Positions 1 through 11,364 of a stretch of 20,537 bases of DNA are shown piece by piece. The stretch is from Ginkgo biloba (lineage: Eukaryota; Plantae; Ginkgophyta), in assembly GCA_024626585.2 (NCBI GenBank), contig JANKJI020000002.1, forward strand, positions 82,146,481 to 82,167,017, read 5' to 3'. The translations under genes and the position numbers were made by a program. The notes beneath the pieces were generated by a model. It was not told where the DNA came from, searched no databases, and worked only from the letters and a program-made list of their open reading frames with translations. Position 1 is the first letter of the stretch, and each line of letters starts with the position of its first letter.

Positions 1-2873
1 ATAAATAGAAATTGAAGGGTCTGAACAAGGTGAAAGGTCATCAGACATTTAAGGATCTCAGAAGGTGAATGGTCACTAGGGAAAGAGCCAAACGTCAAGG
101 TCACCTATCTCTCACTCTTTTTTTCTCCCCTATTCAAGCATTGCGAGATTGACAAATGGAAGGAATGATATAGCAGGACTTGTGAAGCTCTAGGTTTGTA
201 CTTTAGTGTTAGATTGAGCTTGTAGTTTTTGATGGAACAATACACCGACAGTGTCTCTAGTCTTTGATGCCCAAGTCTACGATGCCTTAGTCTCTAGTGG
301 TAAACATAAAGGGTTGCATGGACACAAGAAAGTGCCACAAGACCAACTAGCGAGGACCTTGTAACCTAATGATTGCTGACAAAGGCCTGGCATTGTGGTG
401 AAAATCATTTGGATAATGAAAGATCATTTAGAAGGCGTAGGGTCCTGGGAAATTCAAAGGTCATTATAAGTTTTAAGGGTCACAGGAAGGTGTATATTCA
501 TTAGGTGTTGAAGATTCAAACAAAGTTGTAGGTCAGAAGAAGGTTGAAGGTCCAGGTATTGAAGAATCACAAAAGGTGAAAGTTCACCAGAGGCAGTGAA
601 GAAGGGTAGGAAGGATGAGTGTAACTCAAGTGAAGTTCTAGGATTGTACTTTCGTGTTAGATCGAGGTTGCCNNNNNNNNNNNNNNNNNNNNNNNNNNNN
701 NNNTGCGTTAGGAACCACCTCAAAGGGATTCTATGTGAGCGAAGTTGGACCTAGGAATAATTTGTGTAGGGGCTTGCTGTCGTTCTATTCAATCAAGGTG
801 AATAGAGGAAAGCTTATTTGACATTGCATAATTTATTTTTACTATATTTCCTTCTGAGAAATGTTTCAACTTTGTCCTCTTCCTTTTATTGGCACAGGAG
901 GATTCTGGGATTGTTAATATGGGATTAAAGTAATCTCGATTTGCATTGAGACTTCTGAACAAGTAATGTCGAGTGGCAAAGGGCATACATAATTTTTTTT
1001 TTTACCTTGTTGGGATTTTGAATCTGTTGAAATTTTGCATTTGTGAGAGTGTTCATATTTGTACTCACTATACAGAATAATACAAGACACTTTTTGATGC
1101 AGACTATATTTTCATTGCAAGGATTTCGTTTGTGGCTTCAATTTGAGTGGTCATGGCTTCCGAGGCAATCGTGGATGAGAACTTATGACAATTTTAACAT
1201 CTGTCAAATTTCAGGTTATGTTAGGCATGAAAATCTAGGACTCAAATTCATTTTCTTTATCTCAATTGCAGGTATATATACTGTTGTATTTGTACATGTA
1301 TACACAATTACATGGATGAAACCCTATATAACTTTCTTGATGGAAACATGTTTCTAGTAAATTTATGGGCTATTTTTCACCCATTGGCACGTTTTGACAA
1401 ATTTCCAAAAAACAGAGAGAATTTTTTTGTGCGGAGGCAAAAGTTCTTCAAAACAGTTGCCAAATTTATTGTAATATAGTGTAAAATCTGACTAGATTTG
1501 CTCGGTATTAGATATTTTAAAGGTGCCATACACACATACCTATTGCAAATAATTGCTATGATAAAGAATAATATTAATATTTTTCTTAGTATTTAATATT
1601 AGTCTATAAATATTTGAAATTAATGTAATACAAACTGATGGTAAGTGATTGGCACAACAATACATTAACTATAAGAGTAATTTTGGGGATATATTGGATT
1701 CTTCAAAATTTAAGGTGTTGAATAAAATGACTATTAAATATGACACCCATTTTTAAAAATATGATGAGGTGTAGATGGAGTTTAAAAAGGTATGGCTGAT
1801 ATTGTAATGAGTAATTACATTATCTCATCAAAAGAAATTCTCATCACACTGCTCCATATTATATTTGTGTATCTTTTTATGTAAGGCATGACATAATTTA
1901 AAAAATATATCATGGAGACCACCAATGCACCATATCTACACAGCATCTATTGTGATTCCTCTTGTATGCATGTATCTTTTAATAAAATCTTCTGGCTGCT
2001 ACACTCCAATGCACTCACATGTACCATGGGGATCAACAATACACCGTATCTACCCATTATATGCATTGTTCAACTTGATTTATCCACATGCAACAGCAAT
2101 ATAGCAGGAGATACTAATAAAGGCCTAATCAGATTACACCTTATCGAATTCTATGATACCCATAGTTAAGCTACACAAGCTCCTTGATGAGAACTTTTTA
2201 GGCCATGTTTACCACATGTGACATCATTGTTCTTCATATGGTTGCCAATCAAATGCAATAAATTATTTTCAACAAACGACACCACCTTGAATTCATCTAA
2301 AAATCATATTGCACTTTCTACTTAAGAAGATGATAAGTTTAGATGACTACAGCATTGATGAATATAGGTGTCATGCAACTCATGAAATAACTCATGATGA
2401 GAATTCATCTTGACACTGACTCGATCAATAATGTCCAACATCTACACTATGAAACGCAAAATTGATCCTTCTAATGTATGACCAACATGATTCTACTATT
2501 GTGTCAAACTCCGTACAACCCAAAAACATCCAATGCTATGACTGGGCAAGTGAGAAAAAGGAGAAGGATGATCAATTTATTTTGCAATTTGTTGTAGTAC
2601 AGGCTATAAGTTGTAGTTGAAGAGCTATGAATATATGTGTGACAATTTGTTTTAATCATTTAATTGAATAATATCCTAGCGTTTATTTGAAATTGTATAT
2701 TAAGAGCTGTAACTTGATTGGGTGATCATTAATTATAATGCAAGTTGAGGGGTATGGATACTTAATGGGACCGATGCAATCATGTTGCCTTAGTTTCTCC
2801 ATTTAAATCAAGGGAGACATTCATGTTGAAGTAACATCCAGGTTTGTACTATTTAAAATTATGTGTACCAACT

Positions 2874-3766
2874 NNNNNNNNNNNNNNNNNNNNNNNNNNN
2901 NNNNNNNNNNNNNNNNNNNNNNNNNNNNNNNNNNNNNNNNNNNNNNNNNNNNNNNNNNNNNNNNNNNNNNNNNNNNNNNNNNNNNNNNNNNNNNNNNNNN
3001 NNNNNNNNNNNNNNNNNNNNNNNNNNNNNNNNNNNNNNNNNNNNNNNNNNNNNNNNNNNNNNNNNNNNNNNNNNNNNNNNNNNNNNNNNNNNNNNNNNNN
3101 NNNNNNNNNNNNNNNNNNNNNNNNNNNNNNNNNNNNNNNNNNNNNNNNNNNNNNNNNNNNNNNNNNNNNNNNNNNNNNNNNNNNNNNNNNNNNNNNNNNN
3201 NNNNNNNNNNNNNNNNNNNNNNNNNNNNNNNNNNNNNNNNNNNNNNNNNNNNNNNNNNNNNNNNNNNNNNNNNNNNNNNNNNNNNNNNNNNNNNNNNNNN
3301 NNNNNNNNNNNNNNNNNNNNNNNNNNNNNNNNNNNNNNNNNNNNNNNNNNNNNNNNNNNNNNNNNNNNNNNNNNNNNNNNNNNNNNNNNNNNNNNNNNNN
3401 NNNNNNNNNNNNNNNNNNNNNNNNNNNNNNNNNNNNNNNNNNNNNNNNNNNNNNNNNNNNNNNNNNNNNNNNNNNNNNNNNNNNNNNNNNNNNNNNNNNN
3501 NNNNNNNNNNNNNNNNNNNNNNNNNNNNNNNNNNNNNNNNNNNNNNNNNNNNNNNNNNNNNNNNNNNNNNNNNNNNNNNNNNNNNNNNNNNNNNNNNNNN
3601 NNNNNNNNNNNNNNNNNNNNNNNNNNNNNNNNNNNNNNNNNNNNNNNNNNNNNNNNNNNNNNNNNNNNNNNNNNNNNNNNNNNNNNNNNNNNNNNNNNNN
3701 NNNNNNNNNNNNNNNNNNNNNNNNNNNNNNNNNNNNNNNNNNNNNNNNNNNNNNNNNNNNNNNNNN
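2874..3766. other. Assembly gap (one of 11 N-runs)
   Basis: N-runs: 673-703, 2874-3766, 6403-6502, 7070-7111, 8559-8658, 9759-9858, 13094-13211, 15437-16120, 16605-16631, 18354-19283, 19519-19569. Three are exactly 100 N, the usual unknown-size convention. Confidence 0.95.
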
Positions 3767-5589
3767 TGCGCATTCTACATTCTGCCTCAGGCCATTTTCT
3801 CTGACCAGTTGAATGCTAGATTTGAATCCATGTTCTACAATCGCCTACGACCACCAAGGCTCTATGATTTCTACTCCTTTATGTATTTGCATGGTTGTCA
3901 ATTCAATTGTAAATTTTCTCTACAAAATTCAATAGGCAATACATTCTTTAGCATTTCCTTCTAGATAGGTCACATGATTCCCATATTTTCTCTCTGTGGA
4001 ATCTCCCTCCTCCACGTCTCACAGAGCTCGGTGCTTCTCAACAGTGACGGACACTTCCACGCAATCTCCATGTAGTGTTGTTCATGTCTGCCAATATAAC
4101 TCCTATGGCAAATATTGGTGATACTGCCCTTCACATCCCTTAAAAGTCTCTGTACTCCAAAGACTGATTAGTAGGATAAACAAAGAATTGCAAACATGAC
4201 ATGACATCGTGAAAATGTGCATTGGATAAATCCCTGAGGATTGTAGAACATTTAGTTGGTCTCATGAGGGGTGATAGGTTCAAATTTCAATGGTCGAACC
4301 CAGCACAATTTAGAGAAGGAAGCAACTCCACACATGGCATCTCATAGGTTTGTAGATCGTTGAAAGACTGTAGTCATTGATTGCATTTCTCAGGTTGTTC
4401 AAAGCTTAAAAATATTTTGTAAGGTAGGATCCTGGGACTTTGTCATAAAGATAAATGGTTTCAAATATTCATCACAGCCCTGAATAATAAATATATATCT
4501 GGTGAACGAATATGAACTCTATTAATGGGCATTTGGCCTTGTCTTTCACTGGTCTTATCTACATTCCTCTAGTCCTCCAATCCGGTGTGTAGATCCCATA
4601 CATGCAGTGGATGTTACAGGATTAAAGCTCACAATTCGGCATATATGAGATTAATGGCTCTATTTATAGACCTACAACAATTAATGCAAAAGATCATGTC
4701 CAAGATCTTGAAAATAGTGCAAATCTCGAGCCTACTTTTTGGGAAGAAGACAGATCAGGCAATACATCTAAAAGGAAAGGTTTTGGCACATTGCAACTTC
4801 TTCTTACTACTTCAGTCTTGCTTGGGAAGAACACATCTCTTCCTTCTTGTTGTTTGTGGTGGTGCTGAATTCACATAAGTGTTTGAATCCAAAGATAAGA
4901 TGATGCGCTTAACAATTTTGTTTGACGTAGGCTAATAGAGAATGGACTACCATTGAAGAAAAGCAAAGAGTAAAATGGAAAATCTCCATAAATCTGCGAT
5001 GCTGCTTACAAACAAATTTGGATGCTAATTTTGCATTTCAGAATACAACAATTTCTTCGATGTATATGATAACCAATTTTGATATTGAGCCGACTAAATT
5101 GATCCGGACTTAACACATATTGTGGACCTATTTATCTTCATGCATATCGTCGACCTCTCTAATGCCACTTAATATGATTGGAGATGGATGGACGGACGGG
5201 CACTCTGACCACCTATTTTTTTATAAGCAATGTTTCTGTGTCTCAAAAACATTTAGGGTCTAGACACCAAGAAACCTCTAAAGAAATGGACTTCTAGAAA
5301 AACCAGAAAAATATTCTTGTTTTTTTCCTCCATCTATGGACCACTAATAAATAAATATTTTCCCTTTTTTATTTCAACCTCTTCAACCTATCTTATTTAT
5401 TCAATTTGATCACCCTCTTGATCTCCTCAAACTAGATATTCCATATTCATCCCCTAACTATTGATTGACTACATCATTCTATAAATTTTATCATCTTCAT
5501 CTTAGATCATGGTCTACTCAAACAATTCTATCGCCATTTCTTAATAGACCTATTCTTCACCTTTTTTATTCTAATTTGAAGTGAGAAAT

Positions 5590-6400
5590 TGATATCATTT
5601 TGTGTCTTCTTCGTCATCTTCTGATTCCACCCATTATGATTTTAAAGAGGAGAATGAAAGAGGCTTTATAGGATCAAATAATGATTTTTTTTTTGTTGTG
5701 ACCCATGTGCTATTTCCATTTTATTAGATATATATACAGTCACCACATCTATAGTGGTAATCAATCATCATCTAAGTATAATAGGATATCCTTACAAATA
5801 TTTCTTCGGATTCAATACAACAAAATTAATAGGGTAATCCTAATTAGCGATAGAAAGCATGATAATATTAAGCATCCCATCTAGTTTCACTATGGATTTA
5901 TCGGTCATTTGTAGTAACATATGAGTGGGTCTTAATTTGGGGAGCTCCAACATTTTCATTATCTCCAAAGTTATCATATTGATGGATTCCCAAAGGTCCA
6001 CCAAAACTCTTAGAATCTTGGTATTGCCGATGCTAGCGTCAACCAAAGGTGTCCTTAGGTCTCCATATTTCAGCACAGGCTCTTTTCCCAAGAGGGCATC
6101 CGAAGTCGCCCCAACCACATTGATTTTGACCGGATCTTTCTTCTTCTTGATCGAGTTAGCGCACAACTCTCTAACTTGCTTTGCATAGATTAGGGTATCC
6201 TTAACAACCTATATCAAAGGGATTTTAACAAAAATATTATTCAACTCGTCCCCAAAATTGAACTATAGTTTCCTCCTTAGATTCTAGGCTCCCCATCCTT
6301 TGGGGGAAGGGAATCATAGGTGTCGCTTTAGTGGAGGAGTATCCTCCATTATTTATGATGCTAATAGCTCTTGAATAACAACCTTCTCCTTCCTCGGTAG
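5590..6400 (-). pseudogene. Degenerate Ty3/Gypsy gag C-terminus plus aspartic protease (non-chromovirus, Athila-like)
   Basis: Manual minus-strand translation around ORF 5840..6166 gives PFPQRM...NNIFVKIPLI*VVKDTLIYAKQVRELCA...KKKDP...KYGDLRTPLVDASIGNTKILRVLVDLWESINMIT...LRPTHMLLQMTDKSIVKLDGML...*DYPINFVVL...GYPIILR**L...WVESEDDEE. This matches the Athila-type pattern KIPLLQAI..IP.YAK / LIDLGASINVM / LQLADRS...PEG / P.ILGRPWL. The catalytic Asp codon is at 5996-5998 and the motif is degraded (DLWES). Multiple stops. Confidence 0.88.
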
Positions 6401-8101
6401 CANNNNNNNNNNNNNNNNNNNNNNNNNNNNNNNNNNNNNNNNNNNNNNNNNNNNNNNNNNNNNNNNNNNNNNNNNNNNNNNNNNNNNNNNNNNNNNNNNN
6501 NNGTTCTTGATGCATTAAAGGTTTTCTAAGGATTCAATTATTTTGTGAAAAGTTAGTTCCGGTATATTTTATATTTTTGAGCCTTTGTAGTCTTGAAGTA
6601 TTGTTGGGGGGGAGGGTTTAGCTTTTTTAAAAGAAGTTCTTCTCTTTTTAAACTAATGGACGGTTTCACTCGGTTACTGCTTATGAAGATTGGCGGGCAT
6701 CTATTTTCCAGTGTTAAGCATTTGAATATCACTTGGATCTACGTGCAAATGCATCAAGTCTGAAAAATGATGACTTGGAGCATGATAATTAAGAATAGGA
6801 TTTTGCTTGCTAACTTCTAGATGAGGAGAAGCATATGAAATTTGAAGTACAATACAAAGTCCATTAATCTGAATGTCTGCGACGTGCAAGATTCTCTTCT
6901 CTACTTTTAGTATGTCTATTCTGTAGATTCAATATCCATAGATTAAACCCTATTTTTAGATCCATGAAGTTCCTACTTCCAAGTATGTGCCTGGTACATA
7001 GTACTATGATAGTTTATGATTGAATAATGAAACATTGATACTTGGATGGCTTGTGGTGAATGCAATTTTNNNNNNNNNNNNNNNNNNNNNNNNNNNNNNN
7101 NNNNNNNNNNNGAATATTCTATGGTATTTGTTTAATTTTTCCATGCTTCGTATTATCTCTATACAAAATGTTTCTTTTATTGGAAGTGGGACATGTCATG
7201 TTTTCCACATATTTCTCATTTCTCAAGCAGTTCATGTTTTCATTCTGCAATCATTTCTCGTTTTTGGCAATGCATGTGGGGTATATAAGAATTACCAAGT
7301 TTATAAATTTTATGTTATACTTTGGGAGGTTCTTTAGATACCATTAAAGGTTTTCTTTTGATATGATCATCATTGATGAGAAGGCCATTAAATAGGCTGT
7401 TATGCCCCTGTAAACGAACATTTTTGTTGTTCTAGAGGCATATTCTTAGATATTTTAACTACGAATTTTGTTGTTCATTGCTCCTACATTGTTGTTAAAA
7501 TTCATCACATGAGCCTAGAGAGCTGGTATTAGCCTTGACTTACTCTTACAATATGGTGCAAGTGCATCAGGCAATCAATGTAGTTGTATGCCATGGGGAT
7601 ACTTTGCCATTAGATATTGATCAAGGCCACTGGGCAGATATGTATGCTTTTAGAGGCGCTTCTATACTTGTGTGGGCAATGCATTGTTGGTTTAAGCATT
7701 TAAAAGCACATTTAAGTTTTGTACAGCTTGTCGAAGGTTGTGTGCTGCTTTTGTTGTACGTTATTGTGATGTTGAACCATGATCAATAATACCTTGTTAA
7801 CCTTGGAAATACCTCAATTGTATTCAAATCTTCTCTTCAGTTATCGGTGGTGACTTCTAACAATAAACTGTCATCATAGAATCATGCTAATAGTGAACAA
7901 AGACCACATAGCCGAAAGCTTGTCCTCACTGAGACAGGTGACTTCCAAATAGCGTATGTTGTTTGTCTATTTTCTTTCACATTGACCATAACAACTTGCT
8001 TGGGATCAGATGCGTTTCCCTTAGTCGAAGCAGGTGATCCTTATCATTATTCTTATTGACCTAATGTGATTTGCTATTATTATTACCACATTATTAAAAC
8101 C

Positions 8102-8748
8102 AAAAGGGAGAAAATATTGAATGGATCATCATTTAGACTCTGGCCAAATATACACCCTATCAAACTGGTGCTCGATTTTCCATTGTTGGTCACTCCATCC
8201 TTGAGCGATATGAAACTGTTGAAGTGCTTAAATATTTATAGTGATAAGCTTATGTGGTTACTAGATTGAGGGACCTGTCAAACCTTGAGCTACATGAGAT
8301 AGCTTAATCCCTTTTCATCTGTTTGATGCATTGGTTTTTTCTCTAAATGAAGCCAAGTGAAACGTGAATCGACATGCTCATTAGCAACTATCGTAACAAG
8401 ATGGCACATTAGGATGAAGTGAGACCTGGGTGAACTTGATGAGTTGGATGATTTATCAAATGCAGTATTAGCCTGATTGGAACAAACACAAACAATTTGA
8501 TTGAATCTAAATAACTTGGAGAGCAAATGGAAAATAGGAATGAGTCCTTGTATATATTNNNNNNNNNNNNNNNNNNNNNNNNNNNNNNNNNNNNNNNNNN
8601 NNNNNNNNNNNNNNNNNNNNNNNNNNNNNNNNNNNNNNNNNNNNNNNNNNNNNNNNNNGGTGTTTAGCACATTCAACAATGCATTAAGGTTTGGATGGAT
8701 AATCATTTATGGGCGTGTCGATCCTGGGTATCCATGTTACCATTAACA
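8102..8748 (+). mobile_element. Possible polypurine tract followed by a decayed 3' LTR of a Copia-like element
   Basis: A 13-nt purine run AAAAGGGAGAAAA (8102-8114) is followed by TATTGA (possible decayed TGTTGA). A TATA-like TATATA lies at 8551-8556 and a candidate end ...CATTAACA at 8748. No partner LTR is present, and a 100-N gap lies inside. Confidence 0.28.
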
Positions 8749-8989
8749 TTAGAAGGCCAAGCAATTAAGTTCTACCTGGCTCATATGAGTGAAGTCACAG
8801 ACTAGCCAAACCTATGTTATTGTTTTGAAGTTCTGTTTGGAGGAGCTGTTATGCCAACTTTGCCATACTACAATAACTCCATTATCGCAGGTTGTCATCT
8901 TAAGCAATGCAAACAAGCTTGGAAAAAGTATAAAATTCCTCGACAATTATGGTCTCATCACTGGATAACACTCTTCTCCTTCTGATGGA

Positions 8990-9150
8990 TGACATTGGAT
9001 AGAGGAGCAAGAAGTCCTACAAAAGGCCACTTGGTCTGAACTAAAAAGAAGTTTCTTAACAACATTTACTCCACAGTATCAAAGGAAGGTGAATACCATT
9101 ATAGAGAAATTGAAAACTTTTAATTGTTACAACATATCTAACAAAGGTTA
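8990..9150 (+). pseudogene. Retrotransposon gag fragment
   Basis: Translates HWIEEQEVLQKATWSELKRSFLTTFTPQYQ...IIEKLKTF, matching the Retrotrans_gag W..LK..FL..F motif (Trp codon 9032-9034). Confidence 0.65.
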
Positions 9151-9339
9151 AAGCTTCAAAGACAGACAAAGACCATAACCTAAGGCAATTCCAAATGAGA
9201 AAGTACTAGCACAAGCCTTTGATGAACGATATCCTACTAGTTTAGACAAACCAAAGTATGGGGAAAGAAGTATTTGTGAAACACTCGCTCAAAAAATAAC
9301 CATAGATGGAAAAATTGTGCAATTCAAGGACCTTAAAAC

Positions 9340-9758
9340 CCCAAAAATTAATATAGACACCAAAAGAGAGTAAAAACAAATTTATGGGCAATTATTGGGA
9401 CACTACTACAATCACACAAGCACTCACCCTATATTAAGAATATTGAGATGTATTTGCATGGCCCTACAAAGATTCGAAGAGTATTCCTCTAGAGCTAGGT
9501 CAACATTATATTGAATTAATTGAGGGCATCAAACCAAAATGACAATGACTCTATGGACTAAATCCACATTACAAAGAGTGGGTCAAGGGAGACATTGATA
9601 GAATATGTTTATGAAGTAGATATTAGGGAATGGGTCAACCCCAATGTAATTGTGTGAAAAAAGAAGGGCAAACTAAAAGCATGTGTTGATTATCAGGAGT
9701 TGAATAAAGTCACTTGGAAGGATCCATTTTTGCAACCATTTACAAAAGATGTATTGAA
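9340..9758 (+). pseudogene. Gypsy pre-RT linker and reverse transcriptase N-terminus
   Basis: FMGNYWDTTTITQALTLY*EY*DVFAWPYKDSKSIPLELGQHYIELIEGIKPK*Q*LYGLNPHYKEWVKGDIDR...EWVNPNVIV*KKKGKLKACVDYQELNKVTWKDPFLQPFTKDVL corresponds to DVFAW / HxIxL / EWVSP / CVDYRxLN / KDxFPLPF. It ends at the N gap. Confidence 0.92.
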
Positions 9759-10276
9759 NNNNNNNNNNNNNNNNNNNNNNNNNNNNNNNNNNNNNNNNNN
9801 NNNNNNNNNNNNNNNNNNNNNNNNNNNNNNNNNNNNNNNNNNNNNNNNNNNNNNNNNNAGTGGTTGAGTATGCCAAATTGCCATCGATCCTGTTGCTATG
9901 GAGTGAAAACGTAAGCACTGTTAATGTTTAAGCTAGCCTTGTAGAAATCAAAGTCAGATAATTTCACAGTAATGCTATCATGTGGGATGGGGCAAAATGT
10001 GGAGTGTACAAATAAATCTTCTCACTAACTAGTGTAGAAGCTTCACCATTATAGGAACACCTGTGTTCTCTGTTTGAAGAAACTTTCCAATTGTCAATGT
10101 ATCTTATATTTATCTTCAATGACGTTCGACTAAAAGCCAACGTGGGAATAAAATCTTGGAGTTTTAAACATTTGCCTTTATGATATACTATGTCGACTAT
10201 GATGAGATGTTTTCATGTCGATGGAAGGCAACCTTTATAGGTGGATAGTAAAGAAAAATTGATTCAAAATTAGTGG

Positions 10277-10427
10277 TGTTGGACTAATCGCTGCACCTCT
10301 GGGAATTGATCTCGTGGACTAACTGCCACCTTGGAAACTTGGGACTAACCACCCACTCAAGATGATGTTGCCGAGTTTGGAAGTTTACTAACACCTGCGG
10401 GTTTTGGTGTAACAACAAACTCTAACA
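10277..10427 (+). repeat. TRIM 5' LTR
   Basis: TG...CA termini (TGTT/AACA inverted); three internal GGACTAA motifs; direct repeat of 10483-10633. Confidence 0.93.
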
Positions 10428-10460
10428 TGGTATCATAGCCTTGACCTAGGTTCAATTCCC
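10405..10460 (+). promoter_or_regulatory. Putative tRNA-type Pol III internal promoter (A-box and B-box) straddling the PBS
   Basis: A-box-like TGGTGTAACAA at 10405-10415 (TGGTGTAACGA in the other LTR) and B-box GGTTCAATTCC at 10449-10459. Start-to-start spacing is 44 nt, as in tRNA genes. Confidence 0.5.
10428..10440 (+). promoter_or_regulatory. Primer-binding site complementary to the tRNA-iMet 3' end
   Basis: TGGTATCATAGCC has 1 mismatch to canonical TGGTATCAGAGCC and abuts the LTR CA. Confidence 0.9.
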
Positions 10461-10472
10461 TTGAGTTATATC

Positions 10473-10482
10473 GAAGGGGGGA
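10473..10482 (+). promoter_or_regulatory. Polypurine tract of TRIM
   Basis: A 10-nt all-purine tract (GAA, G-run, A) lies immediately 5' of the second LTR's TGTTGG. Confidence 0.9.
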
Positions 10483-10633
10483 TGTTGGACTAACCATCGC
10501 ACCTATGGGAATCAATTTTGTGGAATAACTGCCACCTTAGGAACCTGGGACTAATCACCCACTGAAGATGATATTGTCGAGTTTGGAAGTTTACTAATAT
10601 CTACGGGTTTTGGTGTAACGACAAAATCTAACA
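10483..10633 (+). repeat. TRIM 3' LTR
   Basis: 151-bp copy of 10277-10427 with TG...CA termini. Confidence 0.93.
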
Positions 10634-11055
10634 ACAACCATGTAAATTGATCACTCCATTCATGGCTCACTGTGCAATGTGACTTCCATTTGTATTTTTT
10701 ATTTGATCACTCATCCATATTCTATGATCATTCGAATCCACCATGGTCTACAACATTCATATCTACAAGGGTTTTCTTTATTTACTCATAGCTAGGGTTT
10801 TGATCTTGTTTTAATATTTAGACTTCATAGTTTCTCTATATCAGTCTTGCTACAATTTCTTCAATCCTCTTAGGATTTCAAATACCCCCTTTTTTTTTGT
10901 CACTTTCATCATCCATACTTATATTGGTTATCTACTTCCACTTTAGAAAGAATAGTAATAGGTTAATTAACAAAGTCATCCATCACCCTATGCACAAAGA
11001 TATTTTTAAAATTAAATAATAATTTCCATAGGTATATCCCATATCATGAGCCATT

Positions 11056-11068
11056 GGATTTGATACCA
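11056..11068 (-). promoter_or_regulatory. Degenerate tRNA-iMet PBS
   Basis: Reverse complement TGGTATCAAATCC has 2 mismatches to TGGTATCAGAGCC and sits in the same context (ATCATGAGCCATTGG) as the intact PBS at 12039-12052. Confidence 0.8.
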
Positions 11069-11364
11069 TATTAAATTTTTGAATCACAGAAGCATAAACA
11101 TTTTAAAAATAGATTTATACACTGAGTCACATAATAAATTAACAATTTCTTTATTAAATAAGGTGCTATCTTGCATCTCTTCAAACTAGGACCTAGAACT
11201 TGCTCAATTCAAGAGAAGTTCTGTACATCTCTAATATTATATCTTCAATATAATATCCTTTCATATTCAAATTCCATGTGACTCTTTGCATTCATCTTCC
11301 CAAATGACCTTTCACATTCATCACATTTAATAACTCATTGAATATTAAATTTACTCTTCTAACA
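11069..11364 (-). repeat. Internal (shared) LTR, 296 bp
   Basis: Homologous to 12053-12341 (shared blocks TATTAAATTTT, ACTGAGTCACATAA, AGAACTTGCT, TTAAATTTA...TCTAACA). Flanked by a PPT on one side and a PBS on the other. Confidence 0.8.

Larger units (their letters stand above)
10277..10633 (+). mobile_element. Complete 357-bp TRIM (terminal-repeat retrotransposon in miniature)
   Basis: Two 151-bp direct repeats TGTTGG...CTAACA (10277-10427, 10483-10633) align without gaps with 22 mismatches by hand count (~85% identity; 18 transitions, 4 transversions). PBS follows LTR1 directly, PPT precedes LTR2 directly, and the internal part is 55 bp and non-coding. No matching TSD (AGTGG versus ACAAC). 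Confidence 0.93.

Noticed and set aside
1-1360. ORFs 454..723, 789..986 and 1043..1357, and recurring AAGGTGAA/AGGTCA words
   Set aside because: No recognisable domain. It may be retroelement UTR, but no PBS or LTR boundary could be fixed.
2844-3964. Long ORFs of 240-370 aa in the ORF track (also 15354-16214 and 18303-19370)
   Set aside because: They consist almost entirely of X from N gaps and are artefacts.
5925-6188. 87-aa plus-strand ORF (also 16509..16760)
   Set aside because: Antisense shadow of retrotransposon gag/protease sequence.
9859-10000. SG*VCQIAIDP as the continuation of RT (SGYHQI.IAP) after the gap
   Set aside because: The match needs an extra codon and collapses downstream, while a far better copy of this segment is at 12342-12500. 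Not fully excluded; 9859-10276 is left unassigned.
10398-10470. Functional tRNA gene
   Set aside because: The acceptor stem cannot be paired and the anticodon-arm position is occupied by the LTR end and PBS. Only the promoter boxes and T-arm are tRNA-like.
10277-10633. Cassandra element (5S rRNA-derived LTRs) or CRISPR-like GGACTAA repeats
   Set aside because: No 5S A/C-box similarity (e.g. AGTACTAGGATGGGTGACC) on either strand. The repeats are 7-mers inside two LTRs, not repeat-spacer units, and no cas genes are present.
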